Assembly: GCA_046728195.1 (NCBI GenBank)
Contig: JBKPEC010000001.1
Span: 1 to 43,004 of the forward strand
Reading direction: 5' to 3'
DNA: 43,004 nucleotides
From: Actinomycetota bacterium
GTDB lineage: Bacteria; Actinomycetota; Thermoleophilia; Gaiellales; Gaiellaceae
The notes under the pieces were generated by a model. It was given only the letters and a program-made list of their open reading frames with translations. It was not told where the DNA came from and ran no database searches. Below, piece after piece: positions 34,157 through 42,378 of this stretch. Made by a program: the position numbers and the translations under genes. The first letter of the stretch is position 1. The number at the start of each line of letters is the position of its first letter.

Positions 34157-35781
34157 CGGTTCACGCTCGCGATGAACTCGCGCCCGCCGAGCATCCGCTG
34201 CAACTCGTCACGCCGTGCGGCCTCACCGAGCTGCTCGATGCGCGTGTGGCTCGGCTCGCCGGGGATCTTCTCCACGCGGAAGTGACGGCCGGCGACACTC
34301 GCGATCTGCGGCAGATGCGTGATCGTGACGACCTGAGCCCGCTCGGCCAGCCGGCGCAGCGTGTCCGCGACGCGGTGCGCGGTTTCACCCCCGATCCCGG
34401 CGTCGATCTCGTCGAAGACGATCGTCTCGCCGCCGGCAACCGCCGCGATCGCGAGCGCGATGCGCGACAGCTCGCCGCCCGACGCAGTCTCGGCGACCGG
34501 GGCAAGTGGGAGCCCTCGATTCGGACGCGCCAGAAACACGACCTCGTCGCATCCGGTCTGCCCCGGATCTCGCTCTCGCACTTCGACGACAAATTCTCCC
34601 TCGCCCATACCGATGCCGACTAGCTCGGCGGCGACCGCAGCGGCAAAAGAGTGAGCGGCGCCTCGCCTCGCCTGACGGAGCTCGCCGGCAAGGCGGCTGA
34701 CTGTTCGCTCGGCCGCAGCCAGGGCCTCCGCGGCGGCGGCTGCAGGATCGAACCCCTCTTCGAGCGCTTCGAGCTCGGCGCGCGCCTCCGCAGCGCGGGC
34801 GAGCAGCTCCTCATGGGTGTGCGCGCCGAACCGTCGTTTGGCATGGGCAATCCGATCGAGATCGGCTTCGACCTGTTCCAGCCGCTCGGGCGCGGCCTCC
34901 AGCGTCGTCAGGAAGCCGCGCAACTCGCTTGCGGTCTCACGAAGGCGAAGCTCGGCATCGCGGAGCTCGTCGGCGGCGCGGGAAAGCTCCGGAGCAAGGC
35001 GTTCGAGCGGCGCGACTGCCCGCTCCGCCGCGGCCACGAGGTCGGCGGCTCCCTCGCGGTCGTCCGATGCGAGCGCCTCCGCGGCGGCCGTCGTTCCTTG
35101 AAGAAGCTCGGTGACGTGGCGAAGCCGCTCGCGCTCTGCACGGAGATCATCTTCGCTGTCGGGCGCGAAGCCCGACGTGTCTTCCACGAGCGCTCGCAGC
35201 TCGGAGAGCCTCGCCTCCGCCGCGGCAGCGCCGGCGTGCAGCTCCTCGAAGTGGCGTCGGGCGGCACTCAGCTCGCGCCAGGCGAGCCGCGCTTCCGCGC
35301 GGCGCCGGTGCTGTGCGCTGCCGCAGAACGAATCCAGCACATCGAGCTGGTAGGACGGTCGCGCAAGCCGACGTTGCTCGAACTGGCCGGACATCGCGAT
35401 CAACCCTTCCCCGACGGCGGCAAGATCCTCACGTGCGGTGCCGCGTCCCCACGCATAGGCGCGCGTACGTCCGTCCGCGAAGACGCGCCGGGCGACGACG
35501 ATGCCCTCCTCGTCTTCGGGCCTCAGCTCGGCTAGCGAGCCCAGCTCGTCCTCCTCGAGCAACCCGGGCGGGAGATCCAGCTCCGCCTCGACGTACGCCT
35601 CATCGCCGTCCGGCCCGATGAGGGCGGCGTCGCCCCTGGCGCCGAGCAGCAGGCCGATCGCCTGAGCGAGGATCGTCTTCCCCGCACCAGTCTCGCCCGT
35701 GATCGCGTTGAGACCAGGCGCGAACCGGAGCTCGGCCTCGTGGATCAACACCAGGTTTTCGATACGCAGGCGGCGGAGCAT
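34153..35781 (-). CDS. recN: DNA repair protein RecN
   Basis: The start is chosen at ATG 35781 (MLRRLRIENLVLI, a canonical RecN N-terminus). The listed GTG 35811 would add 10 aa. It has Walker A GETGAGKTIL, a long coiled-coil and a C-terminal ABC signature region. Confidence 0.92.
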   Translation of the reverse strand: MLRRLRIENLVLIHEAELRFAPGLNAITGETGAGKTILAQAIGLLLGARGDAALIGPDGDEAYVEAELDLPPGLLEEDELGSLAELRPEDEEGIVVARRVFADGRTRAYAWGRGTAREDLAAVGEGLIAMSGQFEQRRLARPSYQLDVLDSFCGSAQHRRRAEARLAWRELSAARRHFEELHAGAAAAEARLSELRALVEDTSGFAPDSEDDLRAERERLRHVTELLQGTTAAAEALASDDREGAADLVAAAERAVAPLERLAPELSRAADELRDAELRLRETASELRGFLTTLEAAPERLEQVEADLDRIAHAKRRFGAHTHEELLARAAEARAELEALEEGFDPAAAAAEALAAAERTVSRLAGELRQARRGAAHSFAAAVAAELVGIGMGEGEFVVEVRERDPGQTGCDEVVFLARPNRGLPLAPVAETASGGELSRIALAIAAVAGGETIVFDEIDAGIGGETAHRVADTLRRLAERAQVVTITHLPQIASVAGRHFRVEKIPGEPSHTRIEQLGEAARRDELQRMLGGREFIASVNR

Positions 35782-35871
35782 GGCTCGCGGAGATGGTAAG
35801 GGGCCTGGCACGCGGCCACCAGCGTCGAAAGCGCCCCAGGCCGTTAGAGGTACACGCGTCTAGCCTCGGGA

Positions 35872-35895
35872 ACCCCACCTCCCTCCCCGTGGGGT
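35872..35895 (-). terminator. Hairpin ACCCCAC-(10 nt)-GTGGGGT between nadK and recN (terminator-like, no T tract)
   Basis: A 7-bp stem read directly, ~55 nt downstream of the nadK stop. Its C/G-run composition is similar to the hairpin at 26044-26064. Confidence 0.3.
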
Positions 35896-35948
35896 CGACG
35901 CTACCGACGAACGGCGCGCGGGTGTGAGTCGGAACGGCGCCGAGATCG

Positions 35949-36830
35949 TTACGAGCCGAACGTCTCGCGGTAGCGGCGGAAGAAGGTCGCCTCGGGCAGT
36001 GTGGCGAGCAGGCTGCGCTGCTCGCCGAGTCGAATCCTGATCGGCGAGCCACGGCCGACATCCACGAGCGGGTGACCGTCGACGAGCACTGTGACGTCCA
36101 CGTCGGGCGTCTCGTTGCGAATCTCCAGGTCGAGCCCCCGCGCAACGACCATCGGGCGCGCGTGTAGCGAATGGGGCGCGATGAACGTGATGACCATCGC
36201 GTCGAGCCCGCGCGCGAGCACCGGGCCGCCGTTCGAGAGGTTGTACGCCGTCGAGCCGGAGGGGCTCGCGCAGATCATCCCGTCGCACGGCTGCACACCC
36301 ATGTCCTCGCCGTCGATCGCCCACGCGAGCTCCACCATCCGTCCCTTGACCGAGCTCAGCACAACCACGTCGTTGATCGCAGCGGCCCGCGTCCCCGCCA
36401 CCTCGACTTCGAGAGTCGTGAGATGGACCACTCGGTAGTCACCGGAAAAGACGCGGGACAGACCCGACTCGAGCTCGTTCGGCGGGATCGAGGCGAGGAA
36501 GCCGACGCGGCCGAAGTTCACGCCCAGCACCGGGATCTCAGTCCCGAGGAACCGCTGCAACGCGCGGAGCATCGTCCCGTCCCCGCCGAGCACGACCGCG
36601 ATGTCGGCGTTCGTCACGTCCTGCGGCTCGCCGACGCCGTGCTTCGCCACTTCCTCGTCTGGGAGCAGAAGTTCGACGCCGGCCTCGCTCGCCACTTTGC
36701 CCAGGCGTTCGAGCGCCGGCCCGATCGTCTGCGGCTTGCCGTGCGTGATCACGGCAGCGCGTCGAACCGCGCTAGACGATCGCCGCGGCGATTCGGTCGT
36801 CGATGTCATCGGGGAGCTGCGCGCGCTCAC
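35949..36830 (-). CDS. nadK: NAD+ kinase
   Basis: VVLGGDGTMLRAL (GGDG motif), NFGRVGFL and the NE/D region are present. The start is GTG 36830 or ATG 36809; both overlap the tlyA 3' end. Confidence 0.9.
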   Translation of the reverse strand: MSARSSPMTSTTESPRRSSSAVRRAAVITHGKPQTIGPALERLGKVASEAGVELLLPDEEVAKHGVGEPQDVTNADIAVVLGGDGTMLRALQRFLGTEIPVLGVNFGRVGFLASIPPNELESGLSRVFSGDYRVVHLTTLEVEVAGTRAAAINDVVVLSSVKGRMVELAWAIDGEDMGVQPCDGMICASPSGSTAYNLSNGGPVLARGLDAMVITFIAPHSLHARPMVVARGLDLEIRNETPDVDVTVLVDGHPLVDVGRGSPIRIRLGEQRSLLATLPEATFFRRYRETFGS

Positions 36831-37536
36831 GGTGAACGAGATGGAGAAAGACTTCCCGGTTTCCCTTCGGGCCGGGTAAGCCAGAGTCTACGGCTCCGAC
36901 CATTTCACCCTCCCAGGCGAGCGCCGCCTCGGCAATCTCCCTGACGACTCGTTTCCTGACCTCGACGTCCCGCACGACGCCGCCGCGTTTCACCTCAGCA
37001 CGACCCGCTTCGAACTGTGGCTTGACGAGCACAACCGCTTCCCACTCGGGCTTGGCGAGCGCGAGGACGGGCGGGATCACGAGGCGGACGCTGATGAACG
37101 ACACGTCGCAGACGACAAGATCCGGGCTGAACGGAAGCTCACGCAGCTCGCGCGCGTTCGTTCGTTCCAACACGGTGACGCGGGGATGAGCGCGCAACCG
37201 CTCGTGCAGCTGACCGTAGCCGACGTCGACCGCCGCAACTCGCGCGGCTCCGCGCTGCAAGAGGACATCGGTGAAGCCGCCGGTCGACGCGCCGACGTCG
37301 ACGACGTCTTTCCCCTCGGGGTCGACTCCGAGCGCGTCGAGTGCGTGAGCCAGCTTCTGCCCGCCACGTGACACGAATGCGGGCGAGGCCTTCACTTCGA
37401 GCTCTGCCGTGTCGTCAACCTGCATGCCGGGCTTTTCGTACCCGCGCACGCGGCCGGAGAGGACGAGCGCCTGCGCTTGGGTGCGTGTCTCGGCCAGACC
37501 ACGCTCGACCAGGAGGACGTCGAGCCGCTTCTTCAC
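36772..37536 (-). CDS. tlyA: TlyA family rRNA (cytidine-2'-O)-methyltransferase
   Basis: The ORF is trimmed to GTG 37536 (VKKRLDVLLVERGLAETRTQAQALVLSGRV, an S4 domain). The FtsJ-type SAM motif is VDVGASTGGFTDVLL. Confidence 0.88.
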   Translation of the reverse strand: MKKRLDVLLVERGLAETRTQAQALVLSGRVRGYEKPGMQVDDTAELEVKASPAFVSRGGQKLAHALDALGVDPEGKDVVDVGASTGGFTDVLLQRGAARVAAVDVGYGQLHERLRAHPRVTVLERTNARELRELPFSPDLVVCDVSFISVRLVIPPVLALAKPEWEAVVLVKPQFEAGRAEVKRGGVVRDVEVRKRVVREIAEAALAWEGEMVGAVDSGLPGPKGNREVFLHLVHRERAQLPDDIDDRIAAAIV

Positions 37537-37540
37537 GGGC

Positions 37541-38308
37541 TTACGACGTCCGCGTGGCCAGGCCGTCGACGATGTCGACGAGAACCGTCGTGTCGGCCGT
37601 GACCTGCGCAAGACGCTCGCGCGCTCGAGTCGCCGCCTCGTCCGCGAGACGGCGCGCGCCGTCTTCGCCGTGGCTCAACACGTATCCGTCGGCGTCGAGA
37701 ATGTCGTCGACGATCTGAAAAAGCAGGCCGAGCTCGTCTCCGAACGCACGCCATTGGCCCTGGTCGCGCTCGGGCACGTCTGCCGCCCATAGCGCCAGGC
37801 CCACCGATGCGGAGAAGAGACAGCCGGTCTTGAGCTTGTGCAGCGCTACCTCGTCAGGGGCCGAGCCGGTGATGTCGAGGTACTGGCCGCCGATCATGCC
37901 CAGCGTCGCGCGCGCGAGCTCGCGCCCCGCCTCGGGTCTCGGATAGGAGAGCGCGAGCCTGAACGCCTCCGCGAGCAGCGCGTCACCGGCCAGCACGGCA
38001 ATCGCCTCGCCGTACTCGGACCAGACGGATGCGCGACCGCGACGCTCGGCGTCGTTGTCGAGCGCGGGCAGATCGTCGTGCACGAGGGAGAAGGCATGCA
38101 CCAGCTCGACCGACGCCGCCACGGGCAGCGCGACCTCTGCTTCCACACCGGCCGCCTCGGCGGTCGCGAGGCAGATCACCGCGCGCACCCTCTTCCCGCC
38201 GACGAGCGCGTAGCGGACAGACTCGGCCTGTCCGTGGAGCTCCGGCGTCAGGGCGAGCTCGCCGAGGTAGCCCTCGACGAGGACGCGAAGCTCTTCAGGG
38301 CTCCGCAT
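37541..38308 (-). CDS. Polyprenyl diphosphate synthase (FPP/GGPP synthase, IspA-like)
   Basis: 255 aa. The first Asp-rich motif is LVHDDLPALDNDAERRG and the second is QIVDDILD. GGAGG sits 3 nt upstream of ATG 38308. Confidence 0.86.
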   Translation of the reverse strand: MRSPEELRVLVEGYLGELALTPELHGQAESVRYALVGGKRVRAVICLATAEAAGVEAEVALPVAASVELVHAFSLVHDDLPALDNDAERRGRASVWSEYGEAIAVLAGDALLAEAFRLALSYPRPEAGRELARATLGMIGGQYLDITGSAPDEVALHKLKTGCLFSASVGLALWAADVPERDQGQWRAFGDELGLLFQIVDDILDADGYVLSHGEDGARRLADEAATRARERLAQVTADTTVLVDIVDGLATRTS

Positions 38309-38498
38309 CGACCTCCGCCTGCCGTTTGGCCTTCTGCAGCTCGTCCTCGATCGCCTTGCTTAGCTCGGCGAGCTCGGTGAGGACCTCCAGCGCCTTCTCC
38401 GCGTCGTCGGCCTGCGAGAGCTGCTCGAGCTCGGCGCGCGTCTTTTCGAGACGGGCGAGGAGCTCCTCCGCGCGCGCGAGCGCATCCTCGGTGCTCAC
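38295..38498 (-). CDS. Small acidic coiled-coil protein in the xseB position (XseB-like?)
   Basis: 67 aa. The GTG start overlaps the nusB stop (GTGA). Sequence: STEDALARAEELLARLEKTRAELEQLSQADDAEKALEVLTELAELSKAIEDELQKAKRQ. Only the first ~15 residues resemble the XseB consensus, and no xseA is present in the window. Confidence 0.45.
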   Translation of the reverse strand: MSTEDALARAEELLARLEKTRAELEQLSQADDAEKALEVLTELAELSKAIEDELQKAKRQAEVDAEP

Positions 38499-38875
38499 GA
38501 GACCTGCTCCCTCACGATCCGTCCCAGGATTCCGTTCACCAGCCGTGCAGCATCGTCGCTGGCATAGCGCTTTGCCAACGCAACCGCCTCGTTGATCGCC
38601 ACCTCGTCCGGAACATCGTCACCGTCGAGCTCGTGCAACGCGATGCGCAGGATGTTGCGCTCGATCGCACCAAGCCGGTCGGCGGTCCAGTCATCGGCGG
38701 CCTCGGTGATCCGGCGATCGAGCTCAGCCGCTTCAGCCGCAACCGCCTCCGCCGTCTCCTGCGCGAACGGGTCCACTTCGCCCTCGTACAGCGACGCGAG
38801 TGGCTGTCCGGTCACGTCCCACTGATAGAGAAGGAAAAGCGCAGTCCGCCGCGCCGCTCGCCGGCCGCCGCTCAT
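38495..38875 (-). CDS. nusB: Transcription antitermination factor NusB
   Basis: The ORF is trimmed to ATG 38875, which overlaps the asp23 stop (ATGA). It reads RRAARRTALFLLYQWDVTG...ERNILRIALHEL...EAVALAKRYASDDAARLVNGILGRI. Confidence 0.88.
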   Translation of the reverse strand: MSGGRRAARRTALFLLYQWDVTGQPLASLYEGEVDPFAQETAEAVAAEAAELDRRITEAADDWTADRLGAIERNILRIALHELDGDDVPDEVAINEAVALAKRYASDDAARLVNGILGRIVREQVS

Positions 38876-39171
38876 TCGACTTCCTCCACCGAGACGTCGA
38901 TCGCGTCGATCGTCACCTTGCACATCGTCGTCAACACGTCGGCCACGCGTTCCTGGACACGACGAGCAACGTCCGGCAGCACCACCCCGTAGCGCGCGGC
39001 GAGCTCCAGGCGCACCCGCGCACGTTCTTGCGTGACCTCGATCTCCAGACGGCGTCGTCCACGGCGGACGCGGGCGCCGCCCACCTCCTCGGCCGCCTGC
39101 GTGACAAGATTCGCAAGCACCGGCGCCGTGACGGTGATCGTTCCGCCCGCCTCGTGCAGAACGAGACTCAT
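38872..39171 (-). CDS. Asp23/Gls24 family envelope-stress protein
   Basis: 99 aa. ITVTAPVLANLVTQAAEEVGG...VVLPDVARRVQERVADVLTTMCKVTIDAIDVSVEEV is a typical Asp23 fold sequence. It overlaps the accC stop. Confidence 0.8.
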   Translation of the reverse strand: MSLVLHEAGGTITVTAPVLANLVTQAAEEVGGARVRRGRRRLEIEVTQERARVRLELAARYGVVLPDVARRVQERVADVLTTMCKVTIDAIDVSVEEVE

Positions 39172-40517
39172 ACGGAGCCCACCGCGGCGAGCCGTGTCTC
39201 CTCGAGAAACCGCGTGGAATACGCGCCCGAGCGAAAGGCATCGCTGCCAATGATCTCGAGAGCGGCCTCGCGCGTCGTGGGGACCCCGCGCAGTTCGAGC
39301 TCGCCGAGCGCACGCAGGCAGCGCTCGATCGCCTGCGGCCGGTCCTCGTCCCAGACGATGAGCTTGCCGATGAGTGAGTCGTAGTAAGGCGGGATCACTC
39401 CTCCCTCCTCGATGTGCGTGTCGAGTCGCACGCCGGGCCCGAGCGGCGGGCGGAAGCGCTCGACGACCCCCGGCGCCGGTGCGAAGCCACGCGCCGGATC
39501 CTCGGCATTGAGCCGCACCTCGATCGCGTGGCCGCGGCGTTCGGCGCGGCCGGTGCGCCGCAGTTGCCGACCGGCGGCGATCCGCAGCTGCTCGCGCACG
39601 AGGTCGACACCGGTCACGAGCTCGGTCACCGGATGCTCGACCTGGAGGCGCGCGTTGAGCTCGATGAAGGAGTAGGAGCCGTCGGGCGCGAGCAGGAACT
39701 CGAACGTCCCGGCATTGAGGTAGGCGATCGCACGCGCCGCGCGGGCGACGTCAGCCTCGATCGCCTCGCGGGTCGATTCGTCGAGCGCCGGCGAAGGCGA
39801 CTCCTCGATCAGCTTCTGATGCCGCCGCTGGATCGAGCACTCCCGCTCGCCCAGCGTCAGCACGCCGCCGTCGGCGTCGCAGAGCACCTGCACCTCGACG
39901 TGCCGGGCGGGGATCACGAGCTTCTCGAGGTACAGGCTGCCCTCCCCGAAGGCGGCGTCGGCCTCGGCCGCCGCCCGCGCGAACGCATCGTCGAAGTCCT
40001 CCGGCTGCTCGACCAGGCGCATGCCCTTGCCGCCTCCCCCCGCGACAGCCTTCAACAGGACCGGATAGCCGACCTCTGCCGCGGCGTCGCGCGCGTCCTG
40101 AAGCCCGACCGCCTCGGTTCCGGGAACCAGCGGCACGCCGGCCTCGGCCAGCTCCCGCTTGGCTTCAACCTTGTCCCCCATCCGCGCCATCACGTCCGCA
40201 TCGGGCCCGATGAACACGAGATCATTGGCTTCGCACGCATGGACGAAGTCGGGGTTCTCCGACAGGAAGCCGTAGCCGGGGTGAACCGCCTCGCAGCCGG
40301 TCGTCTCACCGGCCGCGACGACCGAACCGATGTTGAGATAGCTGTCGGCAGCCGGAGGCGGACCGACGCAGACGGCGCGGTCGGCGATGCGCGTGTGCAG
40401 CGCGCCCGCGTCTGCGGTCGAATAGACGGCGACGGCTTCGATCCCAAGCTCGTGCAGGGCGCGGATGACCCGGACCGCGATTTCTCCGCGGTTCGCAACC
40501 AGGACGCGCGAGAACAT
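39168..40517 (-). CDS. accC: Biotin carboxylase (AccC-type)
   Basis: 449 aa. MFSRVLVANRGEIAVRVIRA...HPGYGFLSEN...KAVAGGGGKGMR...ECSIQRRHQKLIEE...ELNARLQVEHPVTE are canonical ATP-grasp biotin carboxylase motifs. Confidence 0.95.
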   Translation of the reverse strand: MFSRVLVANRGEIAVRVIRALHELGIEAVAVYSTADAGALHTRIADRAVCVGPPPAADSYLNIGSVVAAGETTGCEAVHPGYGFLSENPDFVHACEANDLVFIGPDADVMARMGDKVEAKRELAEAGVPLVPGTEAVGLQDARDAAAEVGYPVLLKAVAGGGGKGMRLVEQPEDFDDAFARAAAEADAAFGEGSLYLEKLVIPARHVEVQVLCDADGGVLTLGERECSIQRRHQKLIEESPSPALDESTREAIEADVARAARAIAYLNAGTFEFLLAPDGSYSFIELNARLQVEHPVTELVTGVDLVREQLRIAAGRQLRRTGRAERRGHAIEVRLNAEDPARGFAPAPGVVERFRPPLGPGVRLDTHIEEGGVIPPYYDSLIGKLIVWDEDRPQAIERCLRALGELELRGVPTTREAALEIIGSDAFRSGAYSTRFLEETRLAAVGSV

Positions 40518-40519
40518 CG

Positions 40520-42340
40520 CTACAGGGCGTCCAGCGGACGCGCGACCACCGGCTCCAGCTCGAAGAGGAGTTGCCCGTATTCGACCGGCTGGGCGTTTTC
40601 GACGTGGATCGTGCGCACGATTGCCTCGACGTCGGCCTTCACTTCGTTCATCAGCTTCATGGCCTCGAGAATGCAGAGCGTCTGTCCCGGCCCGACCGGT
40701 TGGCCCTCCTCCACGAACGGCGCCGCGCCGGGCTCCGGCGCGCGGTAGAACGTCCCCACCATCGGCGCCTCGACCCGCACGAGCCCGTTCGGGGACGGCG
40801 CAAGCGGCTCGAACGAGGTCTCATCCTCCGTCGCGGCGAGCGGCGACTCGCTCGGCGGCGCGATGAAGTCCCGGTCCTCGGTGCGACGGACGGAGACCCG
40901 CATCCCGGCCTCCTCGATCGTGATCTCGCCGATTCCCGTTTCCTGCACGATGCGGACGAGCTCGCGGATCCGCTCGGCACGCGCCTGATCGACGCCGCCC
41001 GTCACGAGGGCCTCGTCGCCGCTCGATCGACCGCGAATCGTCCGGAGCAGGGGCTCCGCTTCGTCGCCGAAGAGCCCGAGCAGAAGCAGCTCCTCCTCGC
41101 TCGACGCGAGCCCTGCGGCCTGGGCGCGAATTTCCTGCAGCGGCGGGGCCGTTGTGTCCTCGGCAGAGTCCGGGTCCGCCGTCAAGGCAACTGCGCGGGT
41201 GACGCTCTTCTCGATCGGCGCCGGCGGCGTTCCGAGGCGTCCCTCGACGAGCGCGCGCAACTCGTCCACGACCACGGAATAGCGGCTCGCCGACAGGACG
41301 TTCAGCAGCGCCTGTGAGCCGAGAACCTGTCCGATCGGAGAGGCGAGCGGCGGCCAGCCGACCTCCGAACGGATCCGGACGAGCTCGGCGATCGTCTCGT
41401 CGAGCCGGTCGCCCGCAACCTGCGCGCGCAGGTTCGCGTCGAGCGCGGTCACGAGGCTCGCCGGCAGGTCGTGCTGCGCCGCGCGCACGGCGATGCGAGG
41501 AGCCAGTGGCGTCACCGGCTCGTCGCCGATGTGCTCGTCGACGACGTCGGCGGCCTCCCACAACCTCGAGACGTCGATGTCGCAGTCGAGCCCGAGCCCG
41601 CCGAGCGCCTCGGCGAGCGCCTCCCCGGACACGCGGTGCAGCGTGAGCGCGATCGGATAGACCGCCGACGCGATTAGGTCGGCCCCCGCGCGGGCGGCTT
41701 CGAGCGCGGCCGCGAGCGCGTTGCCCCCCGAGCCCTGGCAGTAGATGCCGACCGGCAGGCCCGTCTCCTCGCGCAGGGCCGTGACAAGCTCGTGCGCACG
41801 GTGCGGCTGCAGCGATCCCGTCGGATCGTGCAGGAGCACGCGAACGGCGCCGAGATTCGGCAACTCGCTGGCCTGTGCCATCAGCGGGTAGGTCTCGCCG
41901 GTCCGCCCCGGGCTGTAGACGAGCCCCGCCTCGAAGTCGCCGCCGGCCCTGGCGACGGCATCCGCCGCCTCGCGCAGGTTGGAGACGTCGTTGAGTGGAT
42001 CGTGCAAGCGAAAGACGTCGATGCCGTTCGCAGCGGCAGAGGCGATGAACCGGCGGATGAAGTCGTTGTCGACCGGTCGCGAGCCGACGAGCAGGCGGCC
42101 GCGGAGCGCCAGCGCCAGCGGGGTTTCGACACGCGCCTTCAAGGCGCGGATCCGCTCCCAGGGGCTCTCGACGCCCCTGCGGACGGCACTGTCGAAGCAA
42201 CCCCCACCGGAGACCTCGAGATATGCGAAGCCCGCCTGATCGAGGATCTCTGCGATCCTGAGCTGCTCCGACGTCGGCAACCGGCCCGCAAGCGGCTCCT
42301 GTCCGAGCAGGCGGACAGTCGTGTCGACGAGCGCCGGCAT
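40520..42340 (-). CDS. Fusion protein: OadA/PycB-like carboxyltransferase domain (HMGL-like TIM barrel + PYC_OADA, with substituted catalytic motifs) plus a complete AccB-type biotin carboxyl carrier protein
   Basis: 606 aa. Residues 1-~440 align by eye with oxaloacetate decarboxylase alpha / pyruvate carboxylase B. Residues ~445-606 form an AccB: IRELVRIVQETGIGEITIEEAGMRVSVRR, then a linker, then PMVGTFYRAPEPGAAPFVEEGQPVGPGQTLCILEAMKLMNEV. There is a 2-nt gap to accC. Confidence 0.85.
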   Translation of the reverse strand: MPALVDTTVRLLGQEPLAGRLPTSEQLRIAEILDQAGFAYLEVSGGGCFDSAVRRGVESPWERIRALKARVETPLALALRGRLLVGSRPVDNDFIRRFIASAAANGIDVFRLHDPLNDVSNLREAADAVARAGGDFEAGLVYSPGRTGETYPLMAQASELPNLGAVRVLLHDPTGSLQPHRAHELVTALREETGLPVGIYCQGSGGNALAAALEAARAGADLIASAVYPIALTLHRVSGEALAEALGGLGLDCDIDVSRLWEAADVVDEHIGDEPVTPLAPRIAVRAAQHDLPASLVTALDANLRAQVAGDRLDETIAELVRIRSEVGWPPLASPIGQVLGSQALLNVLSASRYSVVVDELRALVEGRLGTPPAPIEKSVTRAVALTADPDSAEDTTAPPLQEIRAQAAGLASSEEELLLLGLFGDEAEPLLRTIRGRSSGDEALVTGGVDQARAERIRELVRIVQETGIGEITIEEAGMRVSVRRTEDRDFIAPPSESPLAATEDETSFEPLAPSPNGLVRVEAPMVGTFYRAPEPGAAPFVEEGQPVGPGQTLCILEAMKLMNEVKADVEAIVRTIHVENAQPVEYGQLLFELEPVVARPLDAL

Positions 42341-42378
42341 GCGGGGAGCCTAGCGCCGCAGCGATAGGTTTTCCCCAG

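Noticed and set aside
35782-35948. I looked for a LexA box (GAAC-N4-GTTC) or other damage-response motif upstream of recN. I made the same search near the dnaE2 start (2757-2900).
   Set aside because: Three GAAC tetramers occur, but none has GTTC 4 nt downstream. I therefore cannot claim SOS control of recN or an independent SOS box for dnaE2.
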